A DNA stretch of 64,000 bases from positions 248,001 to 312,000 of the forward strand of contig CT868655.1 in the NCBI GenBank assembly GCA_000165425.1, written 5' to 3'. Numbering within the stretch: position 1 is the first letter of the stretch; every line of letters starts with the position of its first letter. Shown here piece by piece: positions 28,401 to 42,254 of this stretch. The notes under the pieces are model-generated. The model was given only the letters and a program-made list of their open reading frames with translations. It searched no databases and had not been told where the DNA came from. The stretch is from Paramecium tetraurelia. Its lineage: Eukaryota. The position numbers were made by a program, and so were the translations under genes.

Positions 28401-28654
28401 ATGAGAATGACATTGGGAGAGTGTTTAGCCATGTGGATGGACATGTGTATTAAATCTTGAATGTCTCCTACCAGACTAATAAAAAAGGAATTACCTTCTT
28501 CGCTTAGGAATGAAATCATTTGTGTAAGAGCAAGACCGAATTCCTCTAAATTAATTTGTTGGATGTTACGAAAATTGATGTACTGTTTCATTATTGAGAT
28601 GTCCAGCTAAGATTTGTTGTAGACATAGTCATTCATAAATTCAATAAGGTTCAT
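25481..28654 (-). CDS. Large hypothetical protein (helical/TPR-like N-terminus, central coiled coil)
   Basis: Start MNLIEFMNDYVYNKS joins several supplied ORF fragments in code 6; 3' end approximate. Confidence 0.7.
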
Positions 28655-28724
28655 GATTGAATATTGATTTGACTAAATTGATAAATATTTATATATATAT
28701 TTATATTTTTAATATACACTCAAT

Positions 28725-30529
28725 ATGCAGAACCCACTTCAACAGTTCCTCACGATTCTGGCCACGAGAGAAGAAGTTATTTTTATGATTCGCATCCTAA
28801 CCCACTAATCTCTTGAAGATGGAAGAAATCTCAGAGAATATCAATACGAAATCATGAGAGGAGAGCGAAAAAGAGAAGAACTGGAAACCCAAGTGTAACA
28901 TAAGTGCCTTAAATGTTTGCTAGTTATTCAACTATAACCGAATCTGCACATCGAAAAGTATTCCTCCCCAAAGTCGTTTAGAAATTCAACAAAATCCAAA
29001 CCTATTATTCCAACAAAACCAAAGTAATCAACTCTCAATCTATCAGATCTACTACCCTAAACAAGGATAATTAATCGGATAGGAGAACATCGTCTAGCCC
29101 AATCTAAGGAATGCCATAATCAGCATGCAACAGGAGAGTTTGGTTTCCATCCTTAAATACTTGAGTAACGTGTAGAAGATGAAGATGAAACAAGAACTCA
29201 ATCGGGCATAGTATATGGAAAAGTAATATATAAAAGGCTATGCTTTATTCTAGAGAAGAGAGATGTAATCGTAATGAGAAGTTCTTTTCCGAACCTCTAC
29301 TCATGGGAAATTTCGGTATGAATTACATCAACAAATTGCATCAGAAATATTATTTGTTAGCATCTTACAGAAACTGGAAGAATGTTTATGATGTTCTCAT
29401 GTTAGATGACACTACCAAATAGTTGTATCTCTAAGGAGCAGGTTAATTCCTATACATTATTCTGTAGGTTTCAAGAGTGTGATTGGCAGTATCAATAAAT
29501 AAAAGAAGTCCAATGATGCCCCTTAAGTCTATGTCCCAATAGAAACAACCCAAGAAATCATCACTACTCGCTATGAGAAACTACTCAAGGATCTCATGGA
29601 CATGAATCACCATGTCTCCAAATCCATTATGAAATATAACGCTTTGCATCAACGCAGAAAAAAGAATAAGGAATCACAAAATAGAATCAAAATAACCACA
29701 ACCAGACATTCACAACAAGATAAAATACTTAATTTAAGTGATTTTGGGAAATTCTCAGCTCCATCCTCCAGATATAGTAGATCAAGATAACTCAAAACCT
29801 AGTTGTCATGTTTATAGTCTCCATCTGAACCACACATTAAATAATATGAGTTTCTTTTAACTTTGCGTCAACCTGTTAATTCAGGTCGTTTGATTAATAA
29901 ATGCATTAATTAAAATTCATGAAATACTTTAAGGAAGCTTCCTTCTCATTAAAATAACAATTTGGCTACACCCCAGAAGAGCAAGCTCTCAAACTCTTTG
30001 ATCAAGCTTATCATTACGATAGTTCGATCCTCCCCATTAATCTACTGGATCAAATTGCTGAATTAAGTTTTCAAATGTATTCATTATGGAAATATTCCTA
30101 GGGAACACTATCCAAAAATAATCAATTAAATTGTTCTCCAATTATCAACCATTGGCATCTCTTCCAATGTTATACTCAAAGTACTCTAACTCTTCTCAAT
30201 TATTGTAGACACTTATCATTACAGATTATCTCTTAAAATATGGATGCTCAGGTATAATTGACGATTTGAAAGTAAGGATCTACATGTTTAGAAATTATCA
30301 AGATTTTAAAATTGATTTCCAAGAACCTATCTACATAACAAGTATCAAATTCAATTTAAAAAGTACGACAAAAAGCAGGGAATATTGCCAATTAATTAAG
30401 CAATAGAAAACTGTTATACAAGGAAAAAGAAATAGCTAGGCAAATGAAGCTTAAAATATAAATTAACAAGCAAAAAACTTAATCATTGAGTCATCAAGAT
30501 TACAAATAAACTACAACTACTATGGATGA
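28725..30529 (+). CDS. Hypothetical protein
   Basis: MQNPLQQFLTILATREEVIFMIR...; several tiny introns; ends INYNYYG*. Confidence 0.65.
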
Positions 30530-30557
30530 TATTCTAGAAAACTATATTTTTAAATAT

Positions 30558-30878
30558 ATGGATAAATTTAATGATAAGTTGGATGGTTGGGGAGATTAGA
30601 TTAATGATAAATTAGATTAAATTATTGATAATATCAAAATCAATACAACTTATGAAAGAGATGAAAATGGGTATTACTTTCCAGAATCATGCATGGATGA
30701 AATCACCATCACAAATACACCTATTGAAATTTAAGAATCGAAAAATTAAGAGCAAAAAATAACAAACAACCACAAAAAAGATTTATGTAAATATCATTAT
30801 AATAAAATAGTGGAATTCGAAAACAATGATATTTAAATATAATAATAGCCAAAATAAGAGATTAATTTACTAGATTGA
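30558..30878 (+). CDS. Small acidic hypothetical protein
   Basis: MDKFNDKLDGWGDQINDKLD...YERDENGYYFPES...EINLLD*; possible 24-nt intron. Confidence 0.6.
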
Positions 30879-31177
30879 TTATACTATTAAATAATATATA
30901 TACAATTGAGAGTCCTACAATATTCAAGTTAATGATTCTTATATAATTCTAAGTTTTATGAAACAGTTTTTGTTCCATTTCATACTAATTTCTGCGATTA
31001 GATATAAATTATTAAACACTTGAAGACTTTATATTAATATTGATAAATTTTAATGGGGGTGATCAAATTTATAATGTATAATTTTGATTAATCATATATT
31101 ATAAATATTTATTAAATATATGGTATTTATAGTCTAGTGATATATCTTGGACATCTGTTATATAAAAAACATATAAA

Positions 31178-31840
31178 TCACAAATTATGTCCCCTTGTTA
31201 CTTATTCAGTTGCCATTGATGGTTATTGAAGACAAATAAAGCAACTCATTATGATTTAAATCTATCTGGTACTCGGGTCTTTGTAACCTTAGGGCATTAT
31301 TTGATTAAACTTTACGAATCTAATTATGTCATTCAGAATGTTTATGATATAAAGTATGAAAATATATATATAAATTCAAATAAAACTTTATACTTATGTA
31401 ACATCTGCATTTTAGATATTCTTCCAGTTATAGTATTCTAGAGAAAGTTCAAGAATTTAAGTGTAGAATTGTTTGAATTTGTTAGAGTTGTCTTCATTCA
31501 ATAAATCCTCTCGTATTAATTCTTCGATTTCAAAGGCAATCTTTTCCATGTGATTTACAATAATTCCTATTGTTACTTCGGAAACTGAAGCAGCAGCATT
31601 ACTTTTTTGTTAATTCAAAATGTTTCGGATCTGTTTCTTTAACTCTAAGATATTTTCAGTTCTTTGGCAGTTTACTAACTTATTCAATTTTTTCTCCAGC
31701 ATCATCCATATTTCTAGTATCTTGTCATAAAGTTCAGGCAAAGTGGTCGGTTTTGAATTTTAATTCTCGTTTTCAACTTTGATAAGACGAATCAGAGATT
31801 AAGGATTTTTTGTATTTGGTTTTGTTATACAAATACCCAT
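31178..31840 (-). CDS. Hypothetical protein with N-terminal MGxC acylation motif
   Basis: MGICITKPNTKNPQ...; open helical frame; 3' end uncertain. Confidence 0.55.
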
Positions 31841-31966
31841 AATAATTAGATATTTAAAAAATATTACATAATCATTCTTTAATGAGTGACGTTTAAAACA
31901 CGGAATAATATCTTAAATGTATTTTTAATTAATGGATTAAAATATTCAACATAAAAATTAATTTGA

Positions 31967-33861
31967 TCATTGTGGCTATTTAATTTCCACTTTAGATGGT
32001 GAATTAAGCTGAAGGGCGAATCCAAATTTATCAATCAGACCTTTATAATCAAACAGTTTATTCCCATTGAATTCCTTAAAGATGTATTATCCCAAAAATT
32101 CCTTTTGTTTTTCATCCAATATAATATTACTAGATTGCAATCCACCCTTAAAATCATTTTCATCGCAAAACTCGCAAAACTACGAGTTAGTTTTCTTCTA
32201 TATTATTATCTTGATTTATTCTACGACCATCTATCTGAATTTCCAAATCTATTAAGCAATCGATTGCATTATTTGTTACTATTATTCTTCATTCATTAAA
32301 GTGTATTTCCCTATGACATTCTTCAATACACTTTTTATGACACAAACATCATTAACTTATGAAGGTCGATAATCAACAAATTATTATGAATTATCTTCGA
32401 TTAAATAACGTGCCAATAGCAATGCTTATTTATTATCCTAAATATTAAATGGATAAGCTGATAGTATGTCCACTAATTCTGCAATTGTAATTTCTTATTT
32501 CTAATCGAAAAATGTATGAATTTCTTCAATTGGAATTTTTTCTGACAATAATTAATATTTCAAAATTTTTCCAATGTTTTCAACATCACAAAAATTAACT
32601 CTTGGAAGTTTTTATTTCACTTATTCTGTTTCTTGAATTGAACTTATAACCTACGAAGGTTTGTATTCCTCTTTGGCAGACTCAACACTAATTCGATTTG
32701 GTATAATCTGAGATTTTTCTTTAATATCGTCATCTATTACAATTTTAGAATCTGAGCCTAACTTAACAGAAGAAATCATTTCATCATCTGTGATTACAAT
32801 ATTATTTTTATTCACCTTATCATCTAAAATTTCCTAGAAGTTAGTAAAAACTTCTCTTTTATTTGTGAGCCATGACTTTTTTTTTTGATATTGATCTTCC
32901 AAATCTTTAAATTAGCGTTGCTTCTGAGACACAAGCATTCTCTACTTATCCAAATCATTCTATAATGACTATATTATTGCTTATTTGTCTGCTAATTATT
33001 AATTGAGATTCTCAATGGTTTCTTTATATTTATTCTTCTTTTAGATTTCCTATTCATGATCCTTCTTGAACTTCTCAAAATCTGCTTATGCTTATTCATA
33101 TGACTTTTTATATTTCTCTTTCATTGCTTGACATGTCAATAGCTCTTGTCTAAGACCCAGAATCTTCTTCTTTTGCTTTTGGTGCGAATTTTAAAATTAT
33201 CTCAATTATTCTTCTAATTCAATAGTTTGAACAGTTAACTTTTGAAATTTATTCACGTCACTTTCAGTCCTGAGAATTTCGTTGAATTACTTGTTTAAAA
33301 ACTCAAACTTTAATTTAGTTGTACATAGTTCATTCTTGGAATATCAATAAGCACAATACTTCCATTTCTTAGAGTCGCATATATCGAGTACTTTTTTTGA
33401 GGTTATCAATTTCAATCTATTTTTCTTGCAATAGCAGCCGAGCTTGTTTTAATTTCTCTGCAAGTCTTTAGCTTTGATTGGAATTGATTTAATCATCGGA
33501 TACTTCTTGAGTTGTTCGTTTCTCAATTTACTCTTTCTATTATGAATAATTAATTGATTACCTCATCAAGTTTTATCTAAAAGCATAATTATTAGTTTTA
33601 ATGTTTGAGTTTTTGATTCTCCTTTTTTAATGACATAATTTCTTCCTTCAATTATTCAACATCCTTTTAGAATGGGAGTTAAACTCTGCCTGTCAAAATC
33701 TGATTGCTTGGAGAGTCCTAATATTTTTGTGAAATTCTTCTCCTGTAAAATTGAGATGTGCAAAAATTTGAATTATCCTAATTCAGCACTGGCAACCCAT
33801 TTGTCATAGATTAATTCAGAGAATATGGAACTCTTTAATTTAATCGAATAGTTCGATTCAT
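31967..33861 (-). CDS. Coiled-coil protein with helical (EF-hand-like) C-terminal region
   Basis: MNRTIRLNQRVP...; long heptads (EIDNLKKSTRYMRLQEME); two introns; ends SPSKVEIKQPQ*. Confidence 0.7.
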
Positions 33862-34062
33862 TATAAATTTATTAATAGTTACATTTGAACCACATATAAC
33901 CAAATTTAAAAGATAGAAATCACTGATATATAAATAAAGAGGATGAACTAATCCAAATCCTCCTTCAAATTTCACTGATTTCAATCAATTTTACAAGCTT
34001 CAACTAAATTAATTAAAGAAAATAACAACGAAAAACTTAAGTGAATATACTATTATTCAAAA

Positions 34063-36850
34063 TCAATCAAAACTCTTTTCAAGTTGATAAAACACTTCTG
34101 AAATCATTTCAATTCTAATTGGTTTTGATAGGAATGCATCGAATCCCAATTTCTCACACTTCTCCTATTAAGATTCATCATCGAATCCTGATAAAGCAAT
34201 CAATTTTATACTAGCGATTTCTTTATTATTAATCTATGTATAAGCAAACTCATTACCATTTTACGAATTTTTTCAGCTGCTTGCCATCCATTTAAAATCG
34301 GCATTTGCAAATCCATAAATACATACTTTATATTTAAACTCTTCTGATGTTCTTATAACTACATTTAATATCACAACTTTTACTTTAAGTATGGCTTATT
34401 GTCCATTAAAGGCTTCAATTATGTCTGCCTAAGGAATTAAATTCTACAATAACATTTTAAAAGCAATCACATTGAATGTTTGATCATCTACTATTAAAAT
34501 ACCAAATTTTTAACTCTGAACCAATTATTGTATGAGAACCTTAGGGTCTTAAACTTCCAAAGGATCTTATGATTGTAAACACCTCTATAATGAAGTTTTC
34601 TAACTTAATGATTACAATTGCAAAATATTCTTTGATTTTGTGTGATCAGCATCTTCTAACGACGGTTCATACATCTCTGTTTCTGCCTTCTCTAAGGGTT
34701 TTGTATATAGTCTAACATAGGATGATCTAACAAATAAGGATTGTTGATAGGGCTTATCCTTTGAATATGGAGATTCCTCATTCTGAAAATTACTTAAATG
34801 TTAAGAACTGTTTTCTTATTTAAAACAACTAACGTAATTTTGTGTTCTATTTGGATTATCTTACAATTTAGCATAAATCTAAAATGTCATTTTGGTACCT
34901 ACATTTACTTCACTCTACAAATCAATTGTATCCGACGGTCCCAACAAACTTACAAGTTTCTTACAGACCATCAGACCTATTCCAGTGCCATTCTTATTTT
35001 CTATTTTTTACGATGAGAAAGTAGCAAACAAATTGAATAATTTTGGTTTCACCGAATCTGCAATTCCACAACCTGTATCTTCAATTGAGATTGTATATAC
35101 AAGTTTGTTAAATGCAATACTAGGATGTCTGCCTTAAAGAGACTTTCGAATCTAAGAAATTGATTGATTGGAATTCTAAAAACTAATGTTTTTGGAGGAA
35201 TTGTTTCTCTTTATATTTAAAGATTTATCTGTATTCAGAGATTAGACAGTGATCGTAATACTGCCTTTTTCTGTGAATTTCAAAGAATTCGATATAATAT
35301 TCATGATAATTTATTTGATTCTATTCGGATCAGAATGCACCTAATAAAAAGGAATGTCATAACAGGTTTTAATTTCCACTCCTTTTTATTCTGCTGAAAT
35401 AGCTATGGTCTCAATGACCTCATCAATCAATTCATTTATATAAAAATCACTGGGACACAATCTAAGTTGATTTTTTTCTATTCTTGCATAATCCTATATA
35501 TCATAGATCATATATAGCATAAGATAAACATTCTTCCTAATGATGCTCAGAAAGTATTTCTCTTCCGGATTTAAATCCTGCTTACTTTCCAATGTTTCTA
35601 AGATTGTCACTATTCCATTAATGGGTGTTTTGAAATCATGAAAAACACTTGCAAGAATCAAATCTTTATTTTCACATATCTATTTCTACTCTGATAATTG
35701 TTATTGTATTTAAGTTAATGACTTTTCGATTTCCTTATTTTAAAATATCAAAAGAAAAGCTTCGTTCTTATTCCAAAAACAATGATTGAAAAATAACTTC
35801 AACCTTTTCTTCTTCAATTCACTTACACATTTATGCTTTAAACTTTGGCTTTGTATTAGCAACTCTTCCATAATTTTAGATTTTTTATTTTTTGGAGATT
35901 CCTCACTTAGTTAGATAGGAATTCTATTAAACTATTGATACTTAGGAGTTTCAATCATGATTTCAGGATGTTGATCGAATTCCTATTTTTTTTGTTCTTC
36001 CATTTAGTCCTCAATATCATTGTTAACTTCCCCTATATTTCTGAACTCCTGAAACAAGGGACTTGAGGCTAAATATTAACAATTATCCATAATTTCTGTA
36101 AATATGGATCTAAATCTATTCTGTGGATTGTATAAGGAGTCTTTTGAATTATCAAATAAATTTTAGAGTGTAAGTTTGTTGTCTGAAAAAAAGTGATTCA
36201 AACATTCAATGAACTCTTCTGAGTGAGTTGTATTGTATTTGTATTCATTTTCCAAAGCCTTAGTGTGATATATAGGTTTCCGAGATGATTTATCTATTAC
36301 TAACAAAGGCAATGGCAAGATCTCTTTAAACAGCCGCAAAAGATCACTTTCATCACTTTATTCTTGTAACTACAATTATAATAATCACTTTACTATCAGA
36401 ATTGGGGTAAAGATCAATCCTAAATAAGATATGGGATACGAATACTCATTGAATCTTATGATCGAATAGGTGAGCACTATAAAGTATATCAATTTCTGTA
36501 GCATTTATACTCTGAGAACCTTAGTTAGGGCCAAAAGTTTAAGTACTATAAATATGAAAATTCCCTTGATTTTAAATGTCTATTTATACCTTCTATTGAG
36601 TGATTATAGTCATTTCAACTTACACTATCTGCATAACCAATTGAGTTAAAGCCAAATAATAATCTCCTGTTAAACAAATAAACTTTTATTTGCAGTCTAA
36701 CAATAAAAAAGTTAAAGAAAATATGAGATCCACAACAATAAATAGCCCAGAATCTAATGTATTGATATGTTAAGTAAGTCCAAAAATCAAAAATAGAATG
36801 GATGCAATGAGATTGCATATTGTGAATCTTTGCTGTAATCCAATTTTCAT
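34063..36850 (-). CDS. Membrane hybrid histidine kinase (TM-HisKA-HATPase-receiver)
   Basis: H-box ASVFHDFKTPING; SDPNRIKQIIMNIISNSLKFT; IEDTGCGI; LFNLF; GTGIGLMVCKKLV; receiver ILIVDD...FMDLQMPILNG...LSG...FLSKP; start approximate. Confidence 0.93.
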
Positions 36851-37612
36851 AATCTAAGAATAGAAAATATTTAATAAAATAATTTCATATGTCCTTGACT
36901 TATACGCAATAGGTAATTGAAAACTATTTGAATTTACATGCGATAATTTATAAACTTTATCACTTTTCTACTAAAATACAATGAATAAATAATATATTAT
37001 GGGGATTTTTTAAATAATCATTGAGTATACTTAGGTGCCTTGAATACTTCCCGTAAGTAATTTATTTACTGTACTCTACAGAATAAATGCTAACGAAGTA
37101 AACCTTTGCCATTTATAACCAAAAATAGAATTAACCGTATCCAGCAAATCCAATTTAAGTCTAATGCCTCGATTATATTAAAGCGCAATTTTTATATGAT
37201 AATAACACTAAACTTTCTTATTTTTTAAAAATAATACTCACTATTTTATCAATTGTACCCTTCTAACTATGTAGACAAATTTTCAATGGTAAAATCTATT
37301 TTTTTTATTTACTAATGTTATAAGATTTAATATATTTTCTCTAAAAGTTAATTATTTCATATTTTGAGTGATCATAGACTAAGTTTTTCAGTTAAAATCG
37401 AAGAAAATAAACATCTTAGGTTATTTGGTCAAAGTAAGAAGAAAGCATTAGCAATTTAATTATATAGTTTAGCAATATAAAAAGGTGAGAAAAACTTGAA
37501 TAAATTGAAATCAGAATTAAATCTATCAAATAATATGTTTTGGCAATGAGTTAAAAATTATAAGAAAGTTATTAGTTTGTGTTAATAAGAAACTACTATT
37601 ATGTTATGGATT

Positions 37613-38200
37613 CTCAGAATTATAGGTTTTTGCAATCATTTATAGATCCTTGTTTCGATATTAATGATCTCTAATTAAAAATATATTTATAAGATTACTT
37701 TAACTTAATTCTGGTAAGTTGAAGAGCTTATTAATTATATCAACCCTTTTGCTCTTAAACCTTTCCTCTATTTTGATTCAAATCCATTAAACTCACTTTT
37801 GTGTAAAATTTTCTGCCATCTTGTTCAATCGAATAGAAATTTAATTTCTCTAATGTTATCGTTTTTTTGGTTACTGAATCATCTACTTCTCTCTAAATTT
37901 CGTATTAGATGTAAACATCTTGAAGTTAGGCTTGTAGAATCCAAGGAAATTGGAAAACAATTATTCAACCATTTAATATAACATAAAATATATATATTCA
38001 ACTTTAAGGCTTTTTTATAATCATACTTGAAATTCGCTAAAGTTTACAATCTTCATGTTTTCCACAAACAGGATGTAACACTGATCTAATCGTATTGAAA
38101 TGCAACATCTAAGTTGAAATTATCAAGATCGATTCTTCATAAATAATTTATCTATCAAAATCAATACAAATCAAATTCTTTGTATTCAAATATTCCTGTT
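37613..38200 (-). pseudogene. Possible small gene or decayed gene remnant
   Basis: Coding-like segments (QREVDDSVTKKTITLEKLNFYSIEQDGRKFYTK) with GT..AG intron-like spacers, but no consistent ATG-to-TGA model. Confidence 0.3.
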
Positions 38201-38938
38201 CATAGTTATTAAAATAAATGAAAATGGTATTACTTTATATTTAAGTTTAAATACAATCAAATGAGAATATCAATAACAGGCTTGCTCTAGTAAGAAATTT
38301 CTATTTAAATTTAATATTTGTTGATAACTCTAATATTAGTCAAATCATGAAATTTATAATATTTCACCTAATAAAAGCTATAAGTGTTAATAAAGAAGTT
38401 GGTAATGATGCAAATTAATGTTAAAATTGTAAAAAATAAATAAAAACTTTTAAAGATATTAAATAATATTGATATGATGAAATATTCTAAAAGATATGTT
38501 ATTAATAAAATAATATGAATAAAAATTTAAGATTAAATATAGTTGAATTTAAAAAGGGTGGCTTATCCAATAAAATAATAATTATATTAAGCATTTTCTA
38601 TTTGAAGTTAATCGATATTTCACATAAGACATATCTTATATAACTGCTAAGAGTAACTCAAGAGATGATCAACAACTTTTGGCTAAACTTGTATAATTTA
38701 ATTAAATAGAATTTATAAAGAGCTATGATAAGGATGCTAATATATTAATCGAGGCTTGGAGTGTAATTAGTATGTTCTAAAAACTATAATTATGATAAAT
38801 CATACATCAAATTGAATAATTTTATGATTAGATATTAGAAGTAACCTAAGTGAAATTACAGTGAAAAATGAACAAAATATACATGGTTCTAAAATTAATG
38901 ATAAGAGATGAAATTTCAATATTTATAGTTAGAGAGAC

Positions 38939-39921
38939 ATGTAAGGAGATTAAGACGAAAGCAATTAATATAACAAGTTTATGTAGAACTTCAGCAAAGA
39001 GGAGAAATTAGGAGAAGGAACTTATGGAATAGTAACTAGAGCATTTGATAAAAAAAGAGGAAAAGTGGTAGCTATAAAGAAATTGAAATTGGATAATTGT
39101 GATGATGAAGGAGTTCCAAGCACAACCATAAGAGAAATAGCAATCTTATAAAAATTGAAACATGCAAACATCATAAAGTATTAAGTGTTACTAATTTAGT
39201 TTATTGGAAGTAAAATACTTTATGTAAGAGAAGAAGATACTATTGATCTTTGAATCGATGCAATGCGATTTAAGGAAATATTTAGATAAGAACCCAACTT
39301 TATCATTAAATACTATTAAATTAATTGTCTATTAAATCTTGTTGGGACTTTCGTTTTGCCACAGTCGTAGAGTATTGCACAGAGATTTAAAGCCGTAAAA
39401 TATCCTATTGAATGAGACAATGACATTGAAATTGGCAGATTTTGGACTTTCCAGAGTGTTTCCATTTCCCATGCCTAAATTCACAAAGGAAATAGCGACT
39501 CTTTGGTATCGAGCACCAGAACTGATGTTAGGAGATGACAATTATGGAACAGGAGTGGATATCTGGGCAGTTGGTTGCATAATGGCAGAATGTTTAATAG
39601 GTAGACCATTATTGACAGGGGATAGTTAAGTTGATATGTTGTTTAAAATGATGGAGGTATGAATAGATGTATGTTTAATATTAGTTACTTGGAACTCCAA
39701 CAGATAATTCGTATGTTGGTTTGTCGAAGCTACCTCATTTCAAGGTGACATTCCCAAAATTCTAGGGCAAAGATTTAATGGAGGTGATACCTGTATTGGA
39801 ACATGATAGAAAGGCCTTGGAGATTTTGCAATCAATGCTGTAATTTAATCCAGGGAAGAGACCATAAGCAAAGGAATTGTTAAAGCATAATTGGTTTGAT
39901 GATATAAGAAATAATTATTGA
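38939..39921 (+). CDS. Cyclin-dependent kinase (cdc2-like, PSTTIRE)
   Basis: [46 protein letters not shown]; two introns. Confidence 0.96.
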
Positions 39922-39931
39922 TTATTGTGTA

Positions 39932-39949
39932 TCATCATCATCATCATCA
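39932..39949 (-). repeat. (TGA)6 tandem array in frame with the carboxypeptidase stop
   Basis: Plus strand reads (tca)6 at 39932-39949. Confidence 0.95.
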
Positions 39950-41068
39950 TTTTTCCTCTTAGACTAGTTTTAATAACATTTCTTAATAGGCTTCTGTCCA
40001 ATTTTACACATACCAGTCATATTGGGAACTGTCTGGGTTGAAATAATCAAAGCATTCTTCTTTAGACATGTCATATTTGGATGATGTTTATAAGAAACAT
40101 GAATGATTTTTATTGTGTTCGAATTTTTTATTTTTAGCTGATTATTATTATTGGCCTGTCAATTGTAAGAAACTAGAATGAGTTCTTGATTTGAGTTGTT
40201 CTTCCAAATTGATAGAGCCATGATAGATTTCAAAAGCAAAGGAATATCTAATTTTCAATTCATCATAGGCATAATCAACACAACTTCCTGGTGCTAAATA
40301 ACCAATGGCTTGTGATGCAACTCCAACATCACATGAGGGACAATACTTGCCAGATATATCATTAAGAATGTCCATCATTTTTTCTTCATTTTGTTCAGCT
40401 AAATTATTTAATTTATGATTTACCTGCATCTGTTGAATAGGCATGAGGTGTAAACATTCCTAAAGTACCAGAATGAACAGTTAGGAATATGTCTGGGTTA
40501 AATGATTTTAAGGAATCCCGCACTGCTCTTGTTTCAGGTTCAGAAAATGGATTGGGTCCTGATGTTACTTATCTGACATCATCTTGAACCTTTTCCCAAT
40601 GTGCATCGTAATTTCTATTGATGTCGACTCCATTTTCGTTTTCTCTTAAACAGTACTCTCCTCCTTCTACCTTCTATCTTGAAAGTGGATTTGCATTCAG
40701 AATCAGTCTTAATTCGAAGTCATCCAGAATTTATTTATTTTTGGGGTCTGTTTTTTCAAAGCACAAGTCATTCAAGAAATGAATTCCTGATTCTGGACTG
40801 ATCAATTCCCTTGGGTGTTCACCAAACAAAATGTAGGCTGTAATAGTTAGTTCAATGTTATACCCCTGTATTTTTTGTTTTGATTGCTATTAATGTTCAC
40901 TTCCTTAATCAATGGACTATCAGAAGCATTAGACAATGACAAGAATGAGCAACTTCTACTCAGAGATTCTAATTCCTCATTCAATTCTGCTGTTGTGTGG
41001 TACTTGCTACTGAACTTAGTTGCAAAAACCAATGACAGGCTCAATATGACTAATATTGCAATTTTCAT
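39947..41068 (-). CDS. Secreted M14 zinc carboxypeptidase
   Basis: Signal peptide MKIAILVILSLSLVFA; GEHPRE (HxxE), RENENGVDINRNY, GPNPFSEPETRA, LTVHSG, YSFAFEI. Confidence 0.92.
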
Positions 41069-41098
41069 AATATAATAAAAACGGAACTTAGTTTAATT

Positions 41099-42238
41099 TC
41101 AGAATTGTAATATTTTATTTGCTTGATTGAACGGACTTCCATTTGTATACTTCATCATAACTGGAGTTGCATACATAGTGGGAGTTGAGGTTTTTGGTTG
41201 TTCATATGAGTGGTTGGATTGATAAGGGTTCAAATTATTAGTTTGAGGTTATACTTTCATACTTAATTGTTGATGATGTTATTGGGCTTGGAAATACTGA
41301 CTAAAATAGTGATTGCGAGGTTCAACATGTGGTGATTTGTTGAGTTGTTTATAATGCTGACTATTGTTGTTTCTAATGACTGGTTATTGCTTGACTCCTG
41401 GTTCACTGACTTAGGTCAGACATCTGTTTTTGGGATCACTCTTCATTTATTTAATAATCAATTGCTCAAGCATCTATTTAGTCATGGACTTTTGCTATTA
41501 TATCAATTCTGCATTTAATTGTTTCAGCCGTTTAATTTCCTCAAGCAATACCTACATTTCGTCGTTGTGTTTACTAGTCTTGTTCCCTTGATTCTTAGTA
41601 ATGATCTTCTTCTTATCAAAATCAAATTCAATCTCTATCTCTTCAGATCCCTACTTCAGTAGCTTATCTTATTGTTACAACAATATCTGATTTAATTTCT
41701 TCTCCAATATCCAATAATTCCTTTTCCAATCATCCAATTCCAATTCCATCTTCTTTATCATCTCTACTAATTTGGTTACTTTCTATACTATGAAGGTCTC
41801 CTAATCACATTGTAGATCTATCGTATCATCCATATCAATTTCATCCAGAATCTTCAACAAATTGTTAGTTTCTATCTTGGAAGGAGCTAGAAGTGATTAA
41901 CCCAAACTCTTTTGATAAAATTCAGTCTCCTCTTAAATAACCTGTAGTTCATTGCCATCACAATGCTAATCCTCGAATATGGAATTATCCAGATTGCACT
42001 TCAACTACACTATCTCTCTATTGTGGATTCGTTCTTATTCCTCATACTTCTCTTCCCACATCTATTTTCAATGATCATAATACTTTTATTTGTCCCTTCA
42101 ATCCCTATATCTCTTCCTCCAATTACTGTATGGTTGTCTTCATTTGCTACAATTATTTGAATATCCTACTTCGTAATCCTGGGCCTTTTAAATTGATGTC
42201 GTTGCTGATTCACTACCAGTTGATTAATTCACTAGCAT
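41099..42238 (-). CDS. Coiled-coil hypothetical protein
   Basis: MLVNQSTGSESATTS...; tiny introns near the 5' end; heptad-rich; ends SPFNQANKILQF*. Confidence 0.65.
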
Positions 42239-42254
42239 AGTTATATAATTAATT

